Assembly (NCBI RefSeq): GCF_963921235.1
Contig: NC_086097.1
Coordinates: 219,730,001 to 219,794,000 of the forward strand
DNA length: 64,000 nucleotides
Source: Mobula hypostoma
Taxonomy: Eukaryota
Direction of reading: 5' to 3'
A program made the position numbers and the translations under genes. Under the pieces are notes generated by a model, which worked only from the letters and a program-made list of their open reading frames with translations, searched no databases and had not been told where the DNA came from. Below, piece after piece: positions 36,701 through 49,602 of this stretch (position 1 is its first letter; every line of letters starts with the position of its first letter).

Positions 36701-39700
36701 AATTTTATAACTCATATGTTGCCCTCAGTACTGCTTTAGCTACTCTGTTTCCTCTCACACCTAAGCACGACTATGACACCCCAAGCATGTTGCTCCTGTA
36801 GCGTCTTTGAGTTACTGTTGTTTCATAAAGTAAGTAACAAGGATAATAATGCTAAACATCTCATTGATGACAATCAATACTTAAACAGCTGTGGGTGATA
36901 CCATAATGGATCAGAAGTCACATCACATGATCAACATAGTTCTTAAAGGTACACACACACTGAATATATTCTACGATAGGGTCATAACATAAACAAGAAT
37001 AAAGATACAATATTTTTGTGGCCTGAAATAGGTTAAATTTGAATCTTGAAATATATACATCAAATGACTTTTTAGACTTGGTAATTAGCTCAAATACAGT
37101 AATTATTACTACATAAAAGTCCACATATGTTTCTTTTAAAAAAAACAGTTAATATTTTTGAGGACTCCTATGCCATTTCAATGTGATTCATGCTCTCATT
37201 TGCTGATCTCACAGCCCATGCCATGAAGAACATTGTACGCAAGAAGGAAATGGATACTTAAGAAATATGCCAACATAGCAGATCAGATAAACTGTGCTGA
37301 ATTCAAGAAGCGTTTGCAGATGGCAAAAGCACAAACTTTGTCTTAATTGGATGCAGACTCTGAAACAGGATTGCACTTAAAAAGAGCAGGTAATAGGAAG
37401 CCACGTCGTAGCTGCATAGCTGCATTTTGCCTGATGCTGACCAGCTGCAGTTGGAAATCATTTGGAGGGGTAGCTGTGTCTGTGCAAGGAACTGCTGCTT
37501 CGAGATAGCAGCAAAGATGAAATGAAAGGACGGAGCATGGCGATGACAGCTAGATAGTAAAGTGTAGCATTATTAATGACCTTGTAGGCTGCTTGTGGTT
37601 TGCGGAATATGAGAGGTATTCGCATTATTGAAGCTCGAAGAGAAAGTATTGTATTAAATGTCTCCTTTGTGTATCTGTCCTACCATTTGCTGCACCCTTC
37701 TCAGCAGTTAACTGCTGCTTCAAGTACATGCCGTGGATTGATTCCAGAAGCAAATACTGAGGAGACAAATTGCAAGTGTTGTGATGGCTTTCTATTTTGC
37801 AGCAACTTTCTGCATCAGCCACTTTAGCCAGTAAGTAGCTTTTAATTTGTAAGCTTAACTGTTAATCACTGTAAAGTTTCAGATATGAATTGCTTCTATA
37901 AAACAAATCATTTGAACTTCAGTCATTATTTCAAATAATTCATTTATTAATTTTATATTTGCATTTATTGAAATTCGGAAAGCTGGTATATTTCAGTAGC
38001 ATTTACTCATGCTAACACATTTCTGTCGATTTCCTGATTTGTGAAGATTCAGAAAACATTTAAGTTTCGGAGTCTTTCACCTTTTAAAAATGAATGATAT
38101 TAGGGTGTGTAAAGCCATTTATATTAACAAGTTATTAACTGTATAAGAATTGTTACTTTTGTTTTTATTTAAATCTGTAGCTTATTTGATTTTATGCCTG
38201 GTTTCTGTTGAACTTAAGCACAGTTGAACTTGGGTAAGGAAGAGGTAAAATCAGCTCAAATTAATACCACGTCAATCCTGCTGAAAAGTCTGTGTGTAGC
38301 TGTTTTTTAGGCTGACCCATGTTTAGCTTGGATTTCAGTAGAATGGCATCTGTAATTTTGCCCCTGACATTTACTCTACTAAATCCCATGTTAAACTAGG
38401 CTTACAGTTCTGCCAAAACGTTGGAATAAAGGACTTGTATTTAATAGTATGAATACAAGGAGTTGACTCACAGACTCTCTGACACCAGTATACTGGAATT
38501 GGAACTGAACAAGGGCTAATGTAAAAGCAGCTTATGAACATCAGGTTAGGATAGAACCCCTGATGTTCCTATTGGAAGAACAGCGCACAGATAGTTGTCA
38601 CTTAGGTCATTCATGGAAAAAGTTAATTGGGTGTGGTGCTGGAGAGTTGTAAACTGTCTCTGCTGGATTTCACAACCATGATGGAGAAATTTGTGAGAAT
38701 TACTTTTTTCAGTTTCCCATTATGCAATAATTATGCTTTTTTCAATCACAATGTCTATTAAAATGTATCAGAGGTAAAAGGAAAGAATGTTAATTCTTTC
38801 GTAGTACAGTTCAATGTTTTTCAGTTCAGCTCTTCACTGATGGTCTGATAGCTAATATAAATCAAATCCTAATCTCACAACCTTAACTATTTAATATTTC
38901 ATCTTTTTCAAGTGTTAATGTAAATTATATGGAAATCTTCCACAAAATTTTATGAACCATTAAGCTCAATTAAATATTATGCACACAGCATGAGATGGGA
39001 TTAAAATTTAGGCTTTATATATGCTAAAAGTCAGCAAGTTTGATGTTTGTTACTAGTTCTAAGAAAATAAAATCCTTAGTAACAGTCCTGTTTATGCTTT
39101 AGCAATAGCTACAGTACCTTGGAATTTAAATTTGATAGTTTTGTGCATTTTAGGGTATTCCCACATTGTATTAATTTCAGTGAAGATGACATGAAAATTC
39201 AGTCCACATTTGAAATAGAAGCTTAATGTACACTATGTGAAGTATCAGCTGCCTGGATAAGACAGCAAACACTGAATTTTAGCTTGTGTACCTCCTGTCA
39301 CACAAGGCTTCTCTCAGTGAGATTTATATTTTTATGTATTAATCTATATGTTTCAATAAAGGAGGATTATTTAGAGAGCTAAAGGACAAAAATTTAATTA
39401 GAGCCGAGTAACTTGCTTGTAAAGTAGCTTTCCTACTAAGTTCAGAAACAATTAATTGCTTTGGAAATACAGTCAATGATGTAATATTGAGAAAAACTAA
39501 TCAAATTCTATTTATTATAAAATGCAGTTTATGTTACAATACAATATCTGTCATTTTCTTCCTGACAAATATGAAAGTGCAATTTTTTGTAGCTGATAAG
39601 GGTGCTGCTTTCAAAAGGGAAAAATTTCAATTTTTCCGTAATTCTTTCCAACATTGGTAATTTTTAAAAAGATATCATTCTAGTCTTAACGCACATTTTA

Positions 39701-40549
39701 AATATGTGTAAGCCTGGCAATATTTTTACATCCATGTATTATATGTATAATCCTTGGTTCTTTTGGTTAAAATGACATACTCCATCAAGTTTTGTACAGC
39801 ACTAGACAAGCCATTTCACTCGTAATGTGCCAATCTTGATATTTATACTAAATGTACTCCTGTGTATCATCATATCCTTACATTTCCTTCACATTCATGG
39901 CATATTGAAATTCCTTTTAACTTTGCCTGCTTCCTCTACTACCTCTGATAACCAATTCCAGGTACCTACTACCCTCCATGTTTATGTACAAAAAGACAGT
40001 CCCTCGTGTTGCCTTTGAGTTTCTCTCCCCTAACCTTAAACGCATGTCTTCTGGTATTTGATATCTCTACCCTGGGGAAAAGATTCTGACTGTCTACTCT
40101 ACCTATGCCACTCAAAAATTTTAGTAACCTCTATCAGTTCCCTGCTCAGCCCTTGATGTTCGAGGGAGAACAACCCAAGTTTGTCCAACCTTTTCTTTTA
40201 GCTCATATCCTCTAGTCCAGGCAGCTATCTGGTAAACCTCTTCTGCACAGTTCCACATCCTTCTCATAAATGTACACAATATTTCAAGCGTGGTCTGACT
40301 AAAGTTTTATACAGTTACAGGATGACCTCCTTACTCTTATACTTAATACCTGTTACCAATGAGGGCAAACATGCTAAGCACCTACTTTACCATCTTAACC
40401 ACTTAAGTAGCAAATTTCAGTGAACTTTGGACCTGGACCCCAACATTCCTCTGTACCCTAGTGCTACAAGGAATCTTCCATTAGTTGTAACACACATCAA
40501 AGTTGCTGGTGAACGCAGCAGGCCAAGCAGCATCTGTAGGAAGAGGTGC

Positions 40550-40585
40550 AGTCGACGTTTCAGGCCGAGACCCTTCGTCAGGACT
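40550..40585 (-). ncRNA. Minimal hammerhead ribozyme, identical copy on the minus strand
   Basis: Exact reverse complement of 40598-40633. Confidence 0.75.
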
Positions 40586-40597
40586 AACTCAAATGTT

Positions 40598-40633
40598 AGT
40601 CCTGACGAAGGGTCTCGGCCTGAAACGTCGACT
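40598..40633 (+). ncRNA. Minimal type I hammerhead ribozyme, intact core
   Basis: Stem I AGUC/GACU, core CUGACGA, stem II AGG..CCU, GAAA, palindromic loop-less stem III ACGU, GUC cleavage triplet (40627-40629). Confidence 0.75.
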
Positions 40634-40857
40634 GCACCTCTTCCTACAGATGCTGCTTGGCCTGCTGCGTTCACCAGCAACTTTGATGTGTGTTGCTTGA
40701 GTTTCCAGCATCTGCAGAATTCCTGTTGTTTCCATTAGTTGTATATTTTTTCCTTTCCTTTGTCCTGCCAAAGTGAAGCACCTCACTCTTGCTTTGGTTA
40801 AACTCCATCTGCCACTTTACTGTCCATATTTGTGGCTGTTTCATTTAGCTATATTCA

Positions 40858-41628
40858 TGTATAGACCGGTTAGCCTGGCATCGGTGGTGGGGAAAATGCT
40901 AGAGTCAGTTATCAAAGATGTGATGACAGCACATTTGGAAAGCGGTGAAATCATCAGACAAAGTCAGCATGGATTTGTGAAAGGAAAATCATGTCTGACG
41001 AATCTCATAGAATTTTTTGAGGATGTAACTAGTAGAATGGATCGGGGAGAACCAGTGGATGTGGTATATTTGGATTTTCAAAAGGCTTCTGACAAGGTCC
41101 CACACAGGAGATTAGTGTGCAAACTTAAAGCACACGGTATTGGGGGTAAGGTATTGATGTGGATAGAGAATTGGTTGGCAGACAGGCAGCAAAGACTGGG
41201 AATAAATGGGACCTTTTCAGAAGGGCAGGCAGTGACTAGTGGGGTACCGCAATGCTCAGTGCTGGGACCCCAGCTGTTTACAATATATATTAATGACTTA
41301 GATGAGGGAATTAAATGCAGCATCTCCAAGTTTGCGGATGACACGAATCTGGGCGGCGGTGTTAGCTGTGAGGAGGATGCTAAGAGGATGCAGGGTGACT
41401 TGGAAATCTGTGGAATTCTCTGCCACAGGAAACAGTTGAGGCCAGTTCATTGGCTATATTTAAGAGGGAGTTAGATATGGCCCTTGTGGCTAGAGGGATC
41501 AGGGGGTATGGGGGGAAGGCTGGTACAGGGTTCTGAGTTGGATGATCAGCCATGATCATACTGAATGGCGGTGCAGGCTCCAAGGGCCAAATGGTCTACT
41601 CCTGCACCTATTTTCTATGTTTCTATGC
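40858..41628 (+). mobile_element. Young CR1 fragment with intact RT core segment and an internal deletion at ~41404
   Basis: YRPVSLASVVGKMLE, QHGFVKGKSCLTNLIEFF, YLDFQKA.DKVPH, GVPQ.SVLGP, KFADDT, then a jump to the 3' UTR and a (ttctatg)n tail. Confidence 0.9.
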
Positions 41629-42347
41629 ACGGTTGAATGACAATTAAATTTGTACTTGATCTCTATCTTGCTGAATTAATAGATAGTCCTTTACACTCTC
41701 TGCAACTCCACCAGTCTTGATGTCATCTGCAAACTTACTAATTCATCCATCTACGTATATACTTGTGGAATACTGCTAATCATGGAACCCCAGCTAGATT
41801 ACCTGTCTTCCATCCCTACTCTCTTTGTCTTCGATGGGCAAGTGAGTTCTGATCCTCAACTTGCAATTCACCAGCAATCCCATTCATCAACCTACCGCGA
41901 AGGAGCTTACCAAATGTCCATGTGGATAATGTTCACTGCCTTACCCTCATAATGGTCACTTCCTCGACCTGCTCTGCACAAAGCCATACTGAACCATCCC
42001 TAAGCAGGCCATGCCTGTCTAACTGCACACACAGTAAATTCTATCCCTTATTATCTTCTCCAATAGCTTCTCTATCACTGATATAGGGCACACTGCCCTA
42101 GAATTAGTGGATTATCCCTATATTCATTCTTGAATAAATGTAAAACATTTGCTATTGTACAATTCTCTGGGATCTCACCTGATGCTAATGAGGGCACAAA
42201 GATCTTAATCAAAGCCCCAGAAATCTCCTCACTCACTTCTTTCAATATACTGGGATGTACCATAAGCCATTAGGCCCTGAGGAGTTATCTACCTTAATGT
42301 TTTTCAGAAGGCCCAGCACTACCTCCTCCTTAATTTCAATGATTTCA

Positions 42348-43282
42348 GATCGTGGAATTGTTGGCTTTGAGGCAAAGTTTGCAGATGATGCAAAGATAGG
42401 TGGAGGGATAGGTAGTGCTGAGGAAGCAATGTAATTGCAGCAGGACTTTGACAAATTGGAAGAATGGACAAAAAAGTGGCAGATGGAATACAGAGTTGGG
42501 AAATGTATGATAATGCATTTTGGTAAAAGGAACGATCGTGCAGACTTAACTAAATGGGGAGAAAATTCAAACATCAGAGATCAAAGGGACTTGAGAGTTC
42601 TCGTGCAAGACTCCCAGAAGGTTAATTCATAGGTTGAGTCTGTGGTAAAGAAGGCAAATGCAATGTTGGCATTTATTTTAAAGGGAATATAATATAAAAA
42701 CAAGGAGATTAGCCTGAAGCTTTATAAAACACTATCAGGCTACACTTAGAGTATTGTCAACAGTTTTTGGCTCCTTATCTCATTGGAGAGAGTCTAGAGG
42801 ATGTTCACGAAGATGATCTGGGAATGAAGGGGTTAACATATGAGAAGCGCTTGGCAGCTTTGGGCCTGTACTCACTGGAATTTAGAAGAATGCGGGGGGG
42901 AATTTCATTGAAACCTAATGAACGTTGAAAGGACTAGATAAGATGGATGTGGAGAGGATGTTTCCTATGGTGGGGGTATCCAGAACTAGAGGGAACAGCC
43001 TCAAAATTGAAGGGTGACCTTTTAGAATAGAAGTAAAGAGGAATTTTTAGCCAAAAGGTGGTGAATCTGTGGAATGCTCTGCCACAGACTGCGGTAGAGG
43101 CCAAGTCCGTGTGTATATTCAAAGCAGAAGTTGATAGATTCCTGATTGGTCAGAGCATCAAAGGATATGGTGAGAGGGCAGGTGTATGGGGTTGAATGGG
43201 ATCCAGATCAGCCATGATGAAATGGTGGAATGCACTCAATGGGCTAAATGACCTAATTCTGCTCCTATGTTTTATGGTCTTT
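42348..43282 (+). mobile_element. CR1 3' fragment nested in the older CR1
   Basis: AKFADDAKIGG...LQQDFDKLEEW.KKWQMEY.VGKC and a ctcctatgttttatggtc tail. Confidence 0.85.
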
Positions 43283-44995
43283 ATCTCACAATGTCTCAGC
43301 ACATTAGCATGCCTCACTCTGCCTTCACTATCTTCTAAATCATTCTTCTTGATAAATATTGACACCAAGTACTCATTTAGTACCTCAATCACTTGCTGTG
43401 ACTTCAAGCACAAATTCCATCCTTTATCCTTGAGTGGATCTGCCTCCTCTTTAGTTACATTTAATGTAAGTGTAAAATGTCTTTGGATTCCCTTTGATCC
43501 TGCTTGCCAAGGATTTCTGATGGTCCCTTTCGGCTTTCCTAGTTGCTTGCTTCAGCACTTTCCTGCAATTTTTATATTGTGCAAGGGCCCAGTCTGATTT
43601 TATCTTCCTAAACCTTGTGTATGCTTCCTTGTTCTTGCTGACTAAATTTAGGACCTCTTGGGTCATCCAAGCATTCCTTACCTTACCTTCTTATTTTTCA
43701 CCAGAACATGGTAATCCTTAACTTTTATCAGCTGGTCTTTAAACAATTCCCTCCTGTCCTATACTACCAGCTTCTTAACAATGCTCCTCGGTTCCTGTCT
43801 AATCATGTCATAATTTGCCCTCTGCCAATTTAGTACCTTGGTGCAAGATCAGACATGATCGTTACTCATTGCTATCTTAAAATATAATGAGTTGTGTTCA
43901 TTATTCCCAGGGTCCAGTTGCAGTATCAGATCCAGAATGCTCTCTCTCCTCGTTAGATTCTGCACATACTGTCATAAGAACCGCCCCCCCCACCCCCCAA
44001 AACTATGGATGTATTGAAGAAATCCTTCCCCAACTATGCCTCTTGTATTAAGGAAATTCTAATCAAGACTGGGGAAGTTAAAAGTCCCCCGCCGTAACTA
44101 CCTTGTTTCTGCACCTCTCCATAATCTGTCTACATAGCTGCTCCTCTGCCTCTTGGTAGTTATTTGGGGGCCTGTAGTATAACCTCACCAGTGCAAACAT
44201 GTGTTTCTTATTTCTGATCTCCACTAAAATTGCCTCTGTGGAAGAGCCCTCCAGTACATCTTATCGGACTACTGCTGTGACTTTCTCCCTTATCATTAGT
44301 GTAACCTTTCCACATCTTTTACCCCCTCCCTCCCATCATGTCTAAAACAATGAGCCCCAGGAACATTGAACAGTCAGTCCTGACCCTCAGAAATGGCAAC
44401 AACATTGTAATTCCATGTATTTATCCAGGCTTTATGTTTATCTTCCTTTCTCATAATTCTCCTAGCATTGAAATAAGCACATTGCTGGCCATCAGTCCCA
44501 CTGTGTTTATTAGCTTAACTCGCTGTCTTTCCTTTCAGTCTTACTTGTCATACTATCTTCCTTGTTCTCAACCCTATCAGCTTTTGCCATACTGTTGTGG
44601 TTCCCATCCCCTTGTCATGCTGGTTTAAACTCTCCTGAGAAGCACTAACAAACCTCCCAGCGAGGATATTGATTCCCCCCCGTTCAGATGCAAACCTTCT
44701 TCTTTGTGTGGTTCCACCTGCTCCGGAAGAGAGCCCAATTGTCCATAAATATGAAGCTCTCTCTCCTGCACTATCTGTGTGGATCCATCTTGAACTGCAC
44801 TATGTATCTATTTCTCACCTGACTAGCATGAGGCATGGGTAGTAATCCTGAGATTATAAACCTGGACATCCTGTTTTTTAATAGGTTGCCACAATTTTGC
44901 TCTACTTGCTTGAATGTTGAATTGAATTGACTTTATTACTTGCATCTTTCATATACATGAGTAAAAATCTTTATGTTACGTTTCTGTCTGAATGT

Positions 44996-45502
44996 CAGAC
45001 GTCCTACCCTGCAAAAACTCAGTTCGGGGAGGTAGCACCATCAATTTGCGGGAGACTCCTGGAACTTCCGGGAGAGGTGGGATGTCTGCAATAGAGTAGC
45101 TCCTTAGCAGCTAGCCAGCTAGTTTAAATAACATTGGCTATGCTAATGAACGAATGACGCCTGTTAAACTCACCTCAACATGTCTTTTACAGTCTTAACC
45201 CACCAAGGGCAATAGAAAAGTCACTGTTGCAAACAGTGCAGCGAGCAACACTGTAATTATTTTGATCCCTATTAGGCAGGGGTACAGTTTAGTGTAGTCT
45301 GGGGTGGTGTACGTTTTATATTGGAACACTCTGCCATGGCGCTCGCTCCCTCTGGCGCTCTGTCTCTCTGGTGGTCGCTCTTGTGCTCGCTCACTCTCAA
45401 AAAAATTGATTTCCGGGATATTGTATATAATTTGCGGGCATCAGGGAGCCACTATTAATATGCGGGAGAGTCCCGGAACTTCCAGGAGAGGTGGGATGTC
45501 TG
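44996..45502. mobile_element. Non-autonomous TIR DNA transposon (hAT-like CAG termini), apparent 6-bp TSD
   Basis: gaatgt|cagacgtcctacc ... ggtgggatgtctg|aaatgt. It interrupts the LINE tail that is uninterrupted at ~6070-6095. Confidence 0.7.
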
Positions 45503-46112
45503 AAATGTGCAACGTGTAGTAATTTATAATAAATAGTATGTACAACAGCATAGTTAATATAACATAGAAATACAGTTGTGTCAGCATGAGTTAAGCAGTC
45601 TGATGGTTTGGTGGAAGAAGCTTTCCTGGAGTTTGTTGGTCCTGGCTTTTATGCTGCAGTACCGTACCTGGATAGTAGCAGCTGGAACAGTTTGTGGTTG
45701 GGGTGGCTCAGATCCCCAGTGATACTTTGGGCCCTTTTTACACACCTGTCTTTGTATATGTCCTGAATAGTGGGAAGTTTACATCTATAGACATGCTGGG
45801 CTGTTTGCACCACTCTCTATAGAGTCCTGTGATTGAGGGCAGTACAGTTCCCATACCAGGCAGTGATGTAGCCAGTCAGGATGCTCTCAAATGTGCCCCT
45901 ATAGAAAGTTCTTAGGATTTGGGGGCCCACCCACACCAAACTTCTTCAAAAGTCTGAGTTGAAAGAGGCGCTGTTGTGCCCATTTCACCACTCAGCTGGT
46001 ATGTACAGACCACGTGAGATCTTCAGTGATGTTTATGTTGAGGAACCTAAAGCTGTTCACCCTCTCAACCCCATATCCATTGATGTCTATAGGGGCTAGC
46101 CTGTCTCCATTC

Positions 46113-47064
46113 ATAGAAATATAGAAAACCTACAGCACAATGCAGGTCTTTTGGCCCACAAAGTTGTGCCGAACATGTCCCTACCTTAGAAATCACCTAG
46201 GTTACCCATAGCCCTCTATTTTACTAAACTCCATGTACCTGTCTAAATGTATCTTAAAAGACCCTATCATATCTGCCTCCACCACCATTGCTGGCAGCCC
46301 ATTCCACACGCTCACCACTCTCTGCGTAAAAACCTACCCCTGACATATCCTCTGTACCTACTCCCCAGCACCTTAAACCTGTATCCTCTTGTGGCAACCA
46401 TTTCAGACCTGGGAAAAAGCCTCTGACTGTCCACACGATCAATGCCTCTCATCATCTTAAACATCTAAATCAGGTCACCTCTCATCCTCCATCGCTCCAA
46501 GGAGAAAAGGCCAATTTCATTCAACCTATTCTCATAAGGCATGCTCCCCAATCCAGGCAACATCCTTGTAAATCTCCTCTGCACCCTTTCTATGGCTTCC
46601 ACATCCTTCCTGTATCTGAAGGTCGTGGATTCGAGCCTCGGCCGAGGCAGTGTGTGTGTGTCCTTGAGCAAGACACTTAACCACACAATGCTCCAGTCTG
46701 CCCAGCTGAGAATGGGTACCGACAAAAATGCTGGGGGTTAACCTTGCGATAGACTGGTGTCCTATCCAGGGGGGAGTCTCGTGCTCTCATTCGCTTCACA
46801 CCACGGAAACTGGCATAACCGGGCTGATGAGCCAGCCACAAGGCTTGTGACAGACTTTAAATTAAAAACAACCTTCCTGTAGTGAGGCATCCAGAACTGA
46901 GCACAGTACTCCAAGTGGGGTCTGACCAGGGTCCTATATAGCTGCAACATTACCTCTCAGCTCCTAAATTCAGTTCCACGATTGATGAAGGCCAATACAC
47001 CGTATGCCTTCTTAACCACAGAGTCAACCTGCTCAACTGCTTTGAGTGTCCTATGGACTTGGAC
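46113..47064 (-). mobile_element. Young CR1 3' fragment nested in the Rex LINE and itself interrupted by a SINE
   Basis: MLQLYRTLVRPHLEYCAQFW.PHYRK / YRKDVEAIERVQRRFTRMLPGL; host Rex sequence is contiguous across the insertion. Confidence 0.9.
46615..46871 (+). mobile_element. 5'-truncated tRNA-derived CORE-type SINE, 10-bp TSD
   Basis: B-box-like ggattcgagcc; CORE-like gtgtccttgagcaagacacttaacc...aatggg; A-rich end; TSD ccttcctgta at 46605-46614 and 46872-46881. Confidence 0.75.
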
Positions 47065-49404
47065 CTCCTGTGGTCCACAACCAGCTCCTTTATTTTTGTG
47101 ATATTGAGGATGAGGTTTTTTTGACACCACTGTGTCAGGGTGGTGATTTCTTCGCTGTAGGCTGCCTCATTATTATTTGAGATTAGGCCAGTCAGTGTTG
47201 TGTAGTCAGCAAATTTAATTAGCAGATTAGAGCTCTGGATGGCAACACAGTCATGGGTATACACAGAGTAAAGGAGGGGGCTTAGTACACAGCCCTGAGG
47301 GGCACCTGTGTTGAGAGTCAGAGAGGCAGAGGTGAGGGTGTCCACTCTTACCACCTGCTGGTGATCTGACAGGAAGTTCAGGATCCAGCTACCGAAGGCA
47401 GGGTGAAGGCTGAGGTCTCTGAGCTTCTTGTCGAGCCCGGAAGGAATTATGGTGTTGAATGCTGAATTGTAGTCCAAGAACAGCATTCTCACATAAGCAT
47501 CCCTCTTCTTCAGATGTGTAAGGACAGTGTTAGAGCTGTGCGTATGTGTCATCTTTCAGTTGATTGTGTTGGTAGGCAAATTGTAGGGGGTCCAGTGTGG
47601 GTGGTAGCAAGCTGCAGATGTAGTCCTTGACCAGCCCTTCAAAGCATTATTGAACTGAGTGTGACAGGACACCAGTCGTTCAGACATGTTACCTTGGTCT
47701 CTTTAGGGACAGGAACAATGGTGGATGTTTTGAAGCAAGAGGGCACTCTACACTGGGAGTGGGAGAGATTAAAAATGTCTGTAAACACACCTGCCAGTTG
47801 TGCTGTGCACATCCTGAGTACTCGCCCTGGGATGCCGTCCGGTCCCGCAGCCTTGCAACTGTCCAGTCATTGGAAACACCTGTGTACTTCAGCCTCAGAG
47901 ACGACCAAGGTGCAGGTCACCTCAGCTGTAGGTCTCCTCGGGGGCTCAGTGTAGGCAACATCAAATCGAGCGTAAAGAAGATTTAGCTCGTCTGGGAGAG
48001 AGGCAGCGATGTTGGAAACTCACTGAGTTTAGCTTTGAAGTCTGCCATGGTGTGCAGACCTAACATAAGCTGTGTGTTTTGTTGATGGAAAATTGTTTTG
48101 GGATCTTGTCCCTGTATTGTTGTTTCGCTGCTTTGATGACTTTGCACAGATCGTAGCTGCATTTCTTGAGCTCCTGCTGATTACTGGCAACTTAAGCTCT
48201 GTGTCGCGCACTAAGTGCTGCTTGCACGGAACTGTTGATCCAGGGTTTCTGGTTTGGATGGACCCTGAACAATTTCTAGGGGACAACATCCTTGATGCAC
48301 TTCCTGATGAAACTGGTGACCCCATCCGTGAACTCAGAGACCTCCTCATCATGGAAGACATTCCAGTTGATGTAATCAAAGCAGTCCTGTAGCATGGAGG
48401 CCGAATGGTTGGACCAACAGTGGATGGTTTTAACTATGGCTGCCTCTTGTTTTAGCCTCTGCCTGTACTTTGGCAGCAGCAAGAGGGAGGAGTGATCCGA
48501 TTTTTCAAATGGGGGGGTGAAGGAGCGCTTTGTAAGTATTGCGTAAGGGAGAGTAGCAGTGGTCGAGTATGCTATCTCCCCGTGTGCTCACCTGGATGTG
48601 TTGACAAAACTTCAGAGAGACTTTAGTCAACGATGCCCTTTGCAAAAGACTATGCGTGTCATGATACTATATCATCCTACTGAAAATTACCTGCTAGTAT
48701 TTGCCCATTTGTCAAAAGCAGGCATTAAAATCAGTTTAATTGATATAGTGGTTTTTGTTTCTCAGTTTTAATTTTCAAAAGGTTGAAATATCCATTGATC
48801 TATACTACTTTCTCTAGGCTGGCATTTCTGACAGGCTGGTTGTCTGTCTATCTGCCTCCCCCATCCCCCAGCAAGGTGATCTTTATTTCTTTGACTGACC
48901 ACAGTGTTGGCAGGTCAGGTGGCATCTGTGGAGAGAAAGGAGAGTTTGCATTTCATTGCTACTGGAGAACATGATGACAACAAAAATGCAGAGAAAAGGA
49001 TGATGAATGAAAAGAACAAAACAGAAGATCTGCGATGAGGTGGAAGCCAGGAGTGATTGAACAGAATCAGGGCCAAATAGGTACAATGGGACAAGCTGAG
49101 AAACAACAATTTGTGTGTAGTGGAGACTGAGAAGGAAAAGATGATCTTTACTATGTGTTGTTGAACCTGAAGTTGAATTTAGATGAGATACTAATCCTTG
49201 AGTTTCTTTGAATGGATTAAGAGATTAAGGGCAAAGAGGTAGGTTGGCACTAGAAATTAATGTGACGTGAGCAAAAAGTTGGGATTGCTCTTCCACTCCA
49301 AGAGGAGTTCTGCCAACTGATCAGATGTTCTGAGCTGGGCAGTTTCGGTATAGAGAGTTGTGAATAGAATTTCCAAAAAACCACATATAAATTGCTTGTT
49401 CTAT

Positions 49405-49602
49405 GGGTGGCTTGTGGAGGCCAAGTCATTGGATATGTTTAAGGCAGAGGTTGATGGGTTCTTCATTAGTCCAGGCATGAAGGGATACAGGGAGAAGGCA
49501 GGAGATTAGAACTGAGAGGGAAATGGATCATGCATAATGAAATGGCAGAGCAGACTTGATGGGTCAAAATGGCCTAAATCTGTTTCTATATCTTATGATC
49601 TT
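49405..49602 (+). mobile_element. CR1 3' end fragment
   Basis: tgtggaggccaagtcattgg..tttaaggcagaggttgat...; same tail as the other CR1 copies. Confidence 0.75.

Larger units (their letters stand above)
40489..40731. mobile_element. Penelope-like insertion made only of an inverted pLTR pair (perfect 100-bp arms, 6-nt spacer) plus a ~36-nt tail; 14-bp TSD
   Basis: Arms 40489-40588 and 40595-40694 are exact reverse complements. TSD ttccattagttgta at 40476-40489 and 40730-40743. Confidence 0.9.
39790..44875 (-). mobile_element. Old, long CR1 relic hosting several younger insertions
   Basis: Minus-strand peptides LKEV.EEI.GAL.KIF..SL..GE.PE...ANV..LFK and IEVLNEY..SIF.K; endonuclease-region remnants at ~43900-44450. 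Confidence 0.7.
44918..48610 (-). mobile_element. Long Rex1/Babar-like LINE relic (RT), hosting nested insertions
   Basis: ORF 46950-47552 YVRMLFLDYNSAFNTIIP..L..KL, TGAPQGCVLSPLLYS.YTHDC, IKFAD.TT; ORF 48276-48482 LLPKYRQRLK..LQDCF; (gaatt)n tail. Confidence 0.9.

Noticed and set aside
37200..37650. Non-repeat block with a few more CpGs and protein-like short frames
   Set aside because: Stops in all frames and no homology recognised. It could be a conserved non-coding element, but that cannot be supported without alignments.
40417..40786. Mirror-image ORFs on both strands
   Set aside because: Artefact of the Penelope palindrome.
40773..41474. 233-aa ORF with RT motifs as a possible domesticated gene
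   Set aside because: Chimera of antisense old CR1 and an internally deleted young CR1, with a non-ATG start.
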